Of a DNA stretch of 64,000 nt, positions 50,236-61,107 are shown in pieces (positions within the stretch are counted from its first letter, which is position 1; each line of letters starts with the position of its first letter). A program made the translations under genes and the position numbers. The notes under the pieces are model-generated. The model made no database searches. It had not been told where the DNA came from and saw nothing but the letters and a program-made list of their open reading frames with translations. Origin of the DNA: Alloascoidea hylecoeti (lineage: Eukaryota). Location: positions 1 through 64,000 of the forward strand of contig BCKZ01000026.1 of NCBI GenBank assembly GCA_001600815.1. Direction: 5' to 3'.

Positions 50236-53200
50236 AGGTAATATGATAGGCAATGAGAAAAACTCTTGCATGATCTCTTGGTGTTTTGGATCAGCGGTTT
50301 CTCTATTAGCCACCAACAACATCATCATCATCAGTGTTTCCTTGATATTTGGAAATCGCGAATAGATCTTTGTTGAATGCTACTGCTAGATGAATCCTCT
50401 GGTTCCGACGTTGATTCATGAGTTGTTATACCTGTTGTATTCACTTATATAGAATATGTGCGATATCGATCAATAAAAGTTTTATCTTAAAATATTCGAA
50501 TTCGCTGTATCTGGTTATAACTTATAACTATTGTTATTGACTACGTTTATACCTGCCTTTAACTTTGTCTTATAGACTATTAGAATTCCTAGGGTTTACG
50601 AAATATTATACAGTTTAAGGTATTGTAGAGGACTCATTAGCTGGTAATAATATTTTTATTTGGAGTGGTGACCCGATAAAAAAATGTAACCTTAGATTTA
50701 ACCCTGCTACAACTCAAGAGGATAAGTAATAAGTATTATAATAATAAAGTATTAGATATAATTTATTTTTAAATCCCGGGCTATGGCCAAAAATATATTA
50801 TTATATTGGATAAATATACGTTTATAATACTTCATATATTATAAAACTTCTTATTCAAAGCATTTGTGAACATGCGTATATGAAGTTGATACAGATATAG
50901 TATATAATTGATTAAGAAATATGTGTATATTAATGTAATATATACACCATGATATTTTTATTACACGAGCCGTTTAGGATAATACCACTACCAAATTGCC
51001 CATGCAATAAGATCTAGCTATAAACTTTATATCTGTCACTCGCTTTTAAATTGCTGCAATCGTTAAAAAATTTGATCTCAAATTTTCCGAGGAATTAGCA
51101 ACCCTAGACCACTAGCTATTAAAAAAAAAAATTCCAATAAACCTTATTGTGAATCTGTGATATATAGGAGATACTACGTACATATATCAAAGGCTAATAG
51201 TAATGGGCCTAATGGCTAATATCAGGTTTTTCCGATAAAATTTCTGTTACCTTGAATGAAAGGGATTTAAATAGTCCATATAGTTAAGTAAATTTTTAAC
51301 GGAAAAATAAGATTAAGGCCAAAAAGTACTAACGTTAGTTTAGTTTAAGTCAGAATACTGATAAATGAAGATTTATTTAGATTACAAGTAAGCTATAAGT
51401 TATTCGCTTTCTTTAGAGTATACACATGAAGTGCTATAGCTATTTAATTTTTCATATTTGTGAATTTAGCTATGACATGTGCCCTGTGGAGATGTCACGA
51501 AATGTTGCATTCTAAGTTCCCCTAATACTTGAACTCTCAATTATATTACTAATTTCAGCCGTATTATGTATATGCATAAGCGCATTATCTACGATCATCT
51601 TATCACCCGAAACTGGCGTACAAATATGTACAAATATTTATAGTTGATTCTATCAATTCCACTTACTCTCCAATCTTTTATTAAAGTTTGTCTAAATATG
51701 TATTTGTAAATGTATGACTATTTATAGTAAGAGAAACTATTTAAAACATATAATCATAAAATATACGTGCTTACGACGATGATTTCTACTATTTTCTAAA
51801 TATTTAATATCCTAAACCAATTGAAATACTATTTCTATATGTTTGTCAAATTATGAAGCTGTAGGAGTTGATACGATTCACTATGATAATTACAACTAAA
51901 ATTTTTAATAGTATAGAATATTATTAATAATTCTTTAAAACTATTCCGCATAACTAGCTATAGGCCTCAATTTCAAGCCCAAACTTTCTACGTGTGTAAT
52001 TGCAGGATCGTATAATCATGACAGTTAGTATGTAACTTATAAATATAGCATATAGACTAAAGTTAAACATTCTTTTAAAGCTGAAGCTTCTAGTTTTCTA
52101 TATACTAATATTATTTCAAAATTATATATGAATTACAAATGCGATTGCAGATTTATAATTAAACCATAGTTAAATGTGCATTAAATTGCATATAAATATT
52201 TGCACATGGCCTAGGTTAGAATATAATTGAAATTTTAAGCAAGCTCTCATTAATCGAAACTAGTAGAAAATTGCAACAATAGGTCTATAATAATCTCTGA
52301 CAAACTCAAATAACGACTAGAACCCCAGAGAGAACTCGATCTTAATATACACAGAGAGATTATTTTGAATGTTTTATTTCGTTTCTACAGTTGTTAGTTA
52401 TCATTGATTAAACAACCAACAACAGAATCTGTTGTATAATTCATCTAGATTTCAATTCCTTAATAGCTAGATAAATATTAAATACCTAATACAATTTTAA
52501 CAACCATATTTAATTAATTAATTACTTTAATTTGTTATGTATGAAATCTTCAACTGCAGTTCACATTGTTAGCTGCTTAAATCTGATGAATTTATAATTA
52601 AAACTTAAAGATTAACAAATTTGTAATAATATTAAAATGAGATGCATATACCATTGCGACTGTAAGTTTCGATGTCATATAATGACTAATTACTCTAAAT
52701 TTCATCCATTCATAGATACTAAGTTAGCAACAGTACGTTGAATTTGCCAACTAAATGTGATCATATAGCACACCTTGAAGATGATTACAACTGCGCTACC
52801 CATTATAATTAGTGAATAGTAACATGAAGTACTGGATGAATATAAGGTATCGGTACTCACAGGGTGATGTTCAAGAAATATTAGCCAAAAGAAACCGGCG
52901 GGGAACCAACCGAAATTTTGGCCAGTAACAGCAAATTTGGGGCATGTAGTAGTCTATGATACTGGAGTAATAGGTTGTAATGAGATAAAGTATAAATTTA
53001 TATTGAGATCCAAAAATCTACTTATTTATACACTAATCTAGGAATGGAGTTGAATTATGAATGAGGTTGCTCCATTGATTATATAACATCTCATTGTGCC
53101 AATACTTTGTCTTTAAACGGCCACTTAAAAGTTATAGAAAAGTTATAAACTTATAACAGATCTAGCAGTGGCTAAGATACGGTGGCGGAAAATGACCATG

Positions 53201-53631
53201 ATCAACTTCAATTCATAGTTATAAAGCATCACAATTAATTATTTCAATCTTAACTGATCATAAGGATTTGTCCTATCCTTTCAAAAACATCAACCTAACT
53301 ATATTGTTTTTCAGTTGAGCTTGTGAAGGAGATTAGTTACGTAACACTGAAACGATATGTGATGAATCTACTCATAAGACTATTTAATATTCCTAGACAA
53401 ATTCAACCGATATTTATAGTGAAATACTAAACAAATTGACAATTAATTTTTAGGTATTCCTGAAAGTATATTGCAATTGTGCCTACAATAGAAGAGGCTG
53501 GAATCATAGTCATGATTGGTTATAAGTCTTAATATTTATAGTCGGGTATAACGTCAAGTTGCTAAACTATGTGTGGAAACCAACCCACAAACCGCCACAA
53601 TGTTCCGTAAATTCTAGAGACTCTATTAGAC

Positions 53632-53855
53632 TGTATAAAATGACATCTTAAATTTAGTATTTAGCGTTGGCGCCCTAACGCCATCGACGGCTGCCATCCT
53701 AAAAAATTCGTCGATAAATACAGCCCTCTCGAACGTCTCAAAACATCTTTAGATTATTCTGTTCTACTGGCACATCCCATTCAGAAAACAACTTTTGCAT
53801 TTCGATAATATTAAGTATTCATGTCTTTATAGAAGGATTCTTAGGTGGTCTTTGA
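53632..53855 (+). repeat. Right arm of the diverged inverted repeat; begins TGTATAAAATGACATC (LTR-like TG start)
   Basis: See left arm; collinear matching blocks with indels. Confidence 0.75.
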
Positions 53856-54626
53856 AATTTTAATTTTGAACTTTGAAGCCAGTTCCTTAAACATATTCAA
53901 GGGATAAGCTTTCAGACCCTCAGAATTTTATTTACTGCTATTCAGTAAGTTTTTTGAGGAGGTGTTACACTAGAGGAGTTGTTGTTGCATATATTTACTG
54001 TGAACTAGTTAAAGGTGCAATATTAAGCCTTCTGCCTATTTAAGCAATCGAGAAGCCATTTTTACTCAGATTGCAAATTTTAATTCGCTAATCTGGTTGC
54101 AAACGCTTTTCAGTATTAGAATTACCTGAGATCTCGCTTTCCCGAAGCTAAATTTTAGAATTTATTATATGGTAGAAAGAAGGGATTTTTTAGAGTAGAA
54201 AAGCCTAGCCAACTTGACATTATACGCGGCTGTAGTATCTATATTGTCGTGAAAAGACTAATAAAAGGATCATTGTATACCTTTTATATCATTTCAATAT
54301 GGTTTATCGGTATTTATTACGCTTCAGAGTGTGTATATCATATGAATGAAAATTTTAAGCAAATTAGTTAATCAACTAAGTTTAAGTATATTGGCCAATA
54401 ATATTCATCACACTTAGTCGAAACAGTAAATTTATATATAATACATAACGGGTAATACTTGTATAATAACTGTTCAAAAATCTACAAATTTTATCTGTCA
54501 ATGGGTAAATATGACGTGTAAAATTGTAGATATAAACAATCTAACACGTGCTCTCCGATAAGCCCTAAATCCAGATGGTAAAATAGTAAACCTCCAAACT
54601 TATCTTCTCCTCTCTTCACAACCATT

Positions 54627-56822
54627 ATGACTCGAATCAAATCTGCCTCAGTTGGGCCCTCGATGCTCTTATTGACAGTTATATTTCTAGCAACCCCGGT
54701 TTTTTCTCTATTGCCTACTGAGAAAATAATCAACTTTTACGAGCAATATTTAGTATCTATCTTTCAACAGCCTGAAGCCTCTTCTCCAAACAAAGAAGTT
54801 GAACTTAGACCCTTGAAATGGGGTCAGCTAAACTTCATCCATACCACTGATATTCACGGTAGGTATCACAATTTGTTTTATTAGAAGTAGCGTATCTTGA
54901 AACTAATTGATTTCTTTTATTTAGGCTGGTTTGCAGGTCATCTTGCTGAACCAAACTTTTCCGCTGACTGGGGTGACTATGTCTCATTTCTTGCTCATAT
55001 GAGGGAAAAGGCAAAAAAATTAGGTGTTGATTTAATTGTTATTGATACAGGTGATAGACATGATGGTACTGGTCTTAGTGATGCCACTTATCCTGATGGT
55101 GAGATAACACAGGCCATTTTTAAAGATACCGATTACGACTTTGTTACCCTTGGCAACCACGAACTTTACAGGGAGGAGGTTTCTTTACAGGAATATAATA
55201 TGATATCACAGTATTATGGTGACCGCTATTTATCAAGTAATGTTGACATACTACTAGAAAATGATACATGGGTTCCATTTGGTAATAAGTATCATGTTTT
55301 CACCACTCCAAATCAGCAGCTAACAATACTATCATTTGGATTCATGTTCGATTTTTCTGGATTTAACTGGAGAACAAATGTTCATCCTGCTTTAGATATT
55401 GTTGATCAAGACTGGTTCCAAGAAGCGATAAGGACTCCTGATATCGATGTTATCCTTCTACCAACTCACATCCCTGTCAGAGGATGGTCAGAGCTCGATA
55501 TAATTTTCCATGCGATAAGAGAGGCAAATCCATATGTTCCAATCCAATTCTTTGGTGGCCACACACACATTCGTGACTTTAGAGTCTTGGATAAATACTC
55601 AACAGCTTTAGAGAGTGGTCGATTCCTTGAGACTATTGGGTGGCTAAGTATTGATAATATAACTCGTCACAACAATGATGGAGCTAACGGTTATGCACCA
55701 CCGCCTGAATTTTCAAGAACTTATATCGATTTTAATGTCCACTCTTTGGCAAATCATTCTGATACATGTTTGTCAGACTGTAGTGAAACTGATGTTCCCT
55801 TCGAAACTGAAGAAGGATTAAAAGTTTCTAAATATATTAAAAGTGAAAGAAAAAACTTGAATTTAACTGATACTTATGGTGTTGTACCAAGAAACTATTA
55901 CACAACAGCTGCCAAATATCCAGGAGATAATAATTTATTCACATTACTTGCCAAGAAAGTTCTTCCTAATTTAGAAGGAGAAGGAGATCTCGCTGAAAGG
56001 AAAGACAATCCAAGATATATCATCTTTAATACAGGTTCTATTAGATTTGACTTATTGAAAGGTCCATATACTAGAGATTCTGGTTATACTGTTTCACCAT
56101 TTAAAAATAATTGGATCTATATCCCTGATTTACCTAAACATATTGCAGATGAAATTTTAAAATATTTAAATGGATTGGATTATATTACATCTGAAGAAGC
56201 CAAAGTAAAACTTGCAGAATTAAATACACCTATTGATAATGCTCGTATCCATTTAGAAAAGTTAAGTGTTGATTTAGAAAATATTTATTGTCATTTTTGT
56301 GCAAACCATCAAATACGAGAACAAAAAGACTCTATGGATGAAAATAGCCAAGAACAAAAATCCAAAAAGTCAAACCTATTAAAGAATACAAATATGAATT
56401 TAGGTTATGTTACTCACGACGATTACGGTAAAATAGGCGATGACACGCCACATTTACCACAGCCAAATTTCCCATTACCTAATGCTGTTCAAACGGAGCA
56501 GAACGTGAATCCATCGGATTACGATACTCCAATTGACTACATTTTCTATGATTTTGTCGGTAGATTTATTTTAATAGCCTTAGAAGACCTTGGTTACACT
56601 GAGGTTTATAACGCTACATCCTTAAGGCATTACGGAGGTAAAGATACTGCTCAACTCCTCCAAGAATATGCTATCGGTACTTGGGGTACAGAAGCAGGCG
56701 CAGAATCAATAGAAGAAAAGCCTCATGTTCATGTTAGCCCTGATGACATTGTATCAACAGGTATACTATCAAATGTATGTGTCATCTCTCTTTTATCTTT
56801 TTTTTTTATATATCCATTTTAA
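54627..56822 (+). CDS. Secreted calcineurin-like metallophosphoesterase / 5'-nucleotidase (YHR202W-like)
   Basis: Signal peptide; WGQLNFIHTTDIHGW (spliced 54858/54925), DTGDRHDGTGLSD, LGNHELY, FFGGHTHIRD, ESGRFLETIGW. The 3' end may instead splice 56775-56890 and stop at 56896. Confidence 0.88.
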
Positions 56823-57193
56823 AGCATATTTTGCATCTTTTTTCCACATTATAAACTAAATATTAATTTTTTTTTTTTGACGAATTTTAGGTATGATTTA
56901 ACATGAAAAGGTTTTAATTTGTAATGAATGTTATGACTTGTATCATGGATTAGCCGATCCATAAATATGGCAATATAGATGGCTTCCATTAGAATTGTTT
57001 CACTTAGGCTATTAAATATTACTTTGTGTCACCCAAATATAAAATAAAATGATAGAAAATATGTTTTACATTACACATCCCATTTATAGCTATAGTTAAA
57101 AAAAATTGACAATATTTATATAGAAATAGATATAGATATAGATTTATTTATTTTCACCTTCTAATAATTATAAAACCGTACTACTTTAAGCAA

Positions 57194-57526
57194 TTAAGCT
57201 GGCAGATTAGTAACTCTCATATCAAGCTTCTTTGGTTCTACCCTATATAAAAACGTAATGTCAGCGGACAATTCATAGTTGATGAATATGTTGTATTTTA
57301 CTTACTTTAAATGTATGGACTTTTGTTTATGAGACCAAAGTTTGGCAGTACAAGGAGATTGAATAGCATCTGAAGGAGAATAATACATCTTAATTTTCGA
57401 TCCGTTTAATAACTTTCCAATCTGTTTTCCTTTTAAACTTTTATGTGATTCGCCAGTTACACTTAATAGAGGATGTAGTGGCTGAATTTTGGGTGATGAT
57501 GGTTCGAATTCTGAGTTAGATGTCAT
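57194..57526 (-). CDS. SPO12: Spo12/Bns1 family mitotic-exit regulator
   Basis: YSPSDAIQSPCTAKL..HK motif. Exons 57526-57306 and 57242-57194 (GTAAGT..GCTGAC..TAG) give ..LKVEPKKLDMRVTNLPA*. Confidence 0.82.
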
Positions 57527-57696
57527 TTTATGATAATGTTAAAACAGAACCAAATTAAGAATTAAGGATATCTGGAGTATTAATATACTAAAATGATTTA
57601 GCGGATGAAAACAAATTTGTTTTAAATAAAAATACTAGCTAGTATTTAAACATTAATTATAACTCTAGAAATGTGATAGATCAGCAGCTTTGGGAA

Positions 57697-57860
57697 GTAA
57701 ACATCGTGTCCAAATCTAGATAGTAGCAATATTACATATTTTACTATATTTTTTGTTTACAATTATTGCTTTTTGAGGATATTGTTTTGAAATATATGAA
57801 GCTTTCTAAAAATTTGATTGTCTTATTTAGCAAGATGTAAACAAATTTCCAAATCGGGAC
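57697..57860. promoter_or_regulatory. Three forkhead (GTAAACA) sites and an Mcm1-like box upstream of SPO12
   Basis: GTAAACA 57697-57703, TGTTTAC 57754-57760, GTAAACA 57837-57843, and TTTCCAAATCGGGAC 57846-57860. Confidence 0.6.
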
Positions 57861-59553
57861 TAACCTAAAGTTGATATGACAATTTGATGATTAACCTTAA
57901 TTGATGACGAAACATCGAATTTTATTTTGGTGCAATTAGACGTTGAGATTGAAGTAGGATATACAACCCACAACAAACTTTACTCTTCGTCTTCTCCTTA
58001 ATTCCTCCTTTTGGGGGAATACCAAAAGAACGTCAAATACTTAGAACCTACTAATAAATGAAGGTACTTTAAGGATCACTATGATCACAAACATAAAGTA
58101 ATTACTAGTCTATCTTTAATTAGTTTAATATTTTCTTTGACAACTCAGAATGGCTGAGGGCTCACACATCCAGTTACAGTAACTTTAAATTTATGAATTA
58201 TGGCGTATTTATAAATCGTATTTTTTAATTCCACATGAGTTTATAAATGATGATTAAGAGACAAAGCATAATCAATATATTAATATTAGCAGAAGTATAG
58301 ATACTAAAATCGTATTTCTCTTTCTTAATTTCAAGCGTTAGTTAAAATAGTAATTATCTCTTTTAGATTTATATATGACCTAACAACTCCATTATTATGC
58401 TATTTTTTGAATTATCACGATGCTCTTTCAATATTCTTATAATGGTCTAATAAATGCAATTAAATGTTAATTATGTTAATTCGGTAATTGATTAGAACAG
58501 CTCAGTTCACCCCAAGGAAAAAATCAGGATAGGAGAAGTCTACACTGAAGTAGTAAGATTAACTTAAGCCTACGTATAGGTAATGTGAATATTTTTATCC
58601 GTAATCTCGAGCTCTATTTAATAATTGACTAATTGTAATATGTATCCTCTTTTACCATATAATCAGCTTCCATCAAACCAATATGTAAAAAATTGATATC
58701 TTCATTTGTGCTAGGTTTCTGCAAGAATATGAGAAATTATGAAAATCTCCAGGTGTCCATAGACAACATTATAGCTCCAACAATCTTAAACTTTAAGATC
58801 TAGATGAATTTGGATATGCTTGTATTAGAAGATATAGATAATAAGTCAAACTTACCATAAATCAATATGTTTTCCGGGGTAGACATATTTCCCGATTAAC
58901 TAACTTCCCCTCCTTGTAGAATTATAAATAGACCCCAGTTCTTTCCGATTCCTATATTATAAAAGAGCCATGAATTATGTGTGTATCAGAATTCAAATAA
59001 ATAATAAGACCATAATTAAATGATATTGCTCAACAAAGATAGAAAACTCAATTTATTGGTAATAAATGACTAATTCTTAAATTGAAAAGTATATTCATTT
59101 TCAAAATCTTATCGAGTAATCATCATTTACACTAGCTCTAAATACGATTTTAAAAGACGTATAACTTCTAGAAAATTCAATGTCCCTACTCTCTGGAATT
59201 ACTTCATACAAGAACAAAATTGTTTCAACACTATTCGTATGTGTATGTAGGCAGAGAATGGACATTCACATCTCATAATTGAGCAATGCCAAATTAATGC
59301 ACCTCAGACGTTACAAGTCACCATACCATCAGAAATACTCAGCTGATTCTCGGCCCACAAAGCATTTATAGTCTAACAAACCTCACAAAATTTTCTGATC
59401 ATCTTAACACAGCTAATTTTTCAACCACGGATTGGCAGGAGATCTAGAGTTCAAGATTTTCTCAATTTACAAGACGTAGAAACTGTTGAATTCTATGAAC
59501 TCATCGTAAATACTAAATACTCTTAACTATTTCATTACTATCCTTGATAATTA

Positions 59554-59790
59554 CTATATCACTTCGTTGGCTATTTGCCAGTGAGTTCCATTAATATTTA
59601 TGTATGCTAACGTTCTTTTAATTATCATGACCATTAATCTATTAATAAAGACTGTTGAACCAGTTGCACCAAAAACCCATATGACCCCTTGTAGACTGTT
59701 CAATAGTGGATATTCAACAATCATGTCCAAGGGAATTTTCATTTACTCACGTTCTCTATTGGGAAATGGCCTTAACTTCCTCCGTATTAA
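59554..59790 (-). pseudogene. Possible frameshifted dUTPase C-terminal relic
   Basis: With two frameshifts it reads KIPLDMIVEYPL/EQSTRGHMGF/GATGS, resembling dUTPase motif V (RGxxGFGSTG). EVKAI upstream resembles the GEVKV that follows motif III. Confidence 0.35.
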
Positions 59791-61107
59791 ATATTATTGT
59801 TGTATGCTTCTTATTATAGCTAATGTTACAATTATAACCACCATTTGCATCGAAATAGAATTCATTGCTTCTGGAGCTTTTAACAGGTGGAGTAGCCATA
59901 TCGGCTGCCTTTCTCTCGGGAATTTATCTAGAATATTAATTCTGGGGTAGAAAGCATTTATAATTAACAACAGAAATTATTCAAAGATTTCGGACATTCT
60001 TTTTTGGGTTAGATGCAGGGAAGCAGAATGGCTGAAATAATACGGTAGATAATCCCGAACAGTTGGCGGTTAACATTAAATATCAAGCTTCTTAAATTTA
60101 TTAACGTAACCATACTATTATTATATATTATTTTTTATACCTGATACCTTTTGCTTATAAGCTATTTAGAACATATATCTCATATAACAAGAATATGTAA
60201 GTTTGTTGCAACTTCTTAAGAGTTTCTAGAATTTGTTTAAAAGGATGTATACATTGATCATGAAAAGGGGGCAGAATGGGATAGTGAGCAATAACTAATT
60301 AGCTGTTTATAAGCTCTAATCTATTGTGTGATAGTAATTGTTCAATACAAAAGTATCTAAATTCTCAAGTTCTGGTTATAATTACCAGTTTAATCGGTCA
60401 AAGAGTTGGTGTGAATAAATCTGTTTCCCCAGAATCATTCAGAGCTCGAGCCTTATTCTCTGTATGTTTAACACTATTTTTAAGTCAATGGACAGAACTG
60501 TGTGTCTTGGCATATTCAGAGGACCGTTAGAAACTGGGGGTCAAAATTAATAAGGATGTATCGAGGTTACAATGGAATGTCTATATTATTCTCAAACTAT
60601 TATAGTACCAATTAAAACATTAGTACCACAATATTAAAAGAAGATAACTATTTGTAATTATACAGTAGAACATTCTTGTCGTAGACATTATCGTACTCTA
60701 AAATTATTTCAATTGCAAGCTTATGCGATAGCTACACTTAAAAGCATCCTAGCTAATGGAGGAAATTAACGATAACCTTTTATATTTTAAAGAATATACA
60801 ACAGTAAAAAAGTAAAGCTGTCTCAAAGACGATATTTATTCAGTACGTAATACGTATCTTTTTCTGATAAATTTGAAATTATAAAAGCAGATATTTTCAG
60901 ATATAATTCATGTTTAAAGTCTTCTTGAAATTTAGTAACTGGTCTTGTGGATATTGTTATCAGTGCACCCAAACATCAAAAACTAAAATCAATTGCAACT
61001 TTCTTAAAGTCTAATTTTACTAATACAACTACATTCAAATATAACACTAGTATACCTATACTACTACTTTATAGTATATTTACTTCCAGACGGCCTCTAA
61101 GAAAAGA

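Noticed and set aside
52860..52930. DVQEILAKRNRRG, a weak chromodomain-start lookalike inside the desert
   Set aside because: Too short, with no following conserved W or other pol motifs nearby.
50515..53157. Recurrent TTATAACTTATAAC-like words (also at 3148-3160)
   Set aside because: Nearly pure A/T low-complexity words; chance occurrence is plausible.
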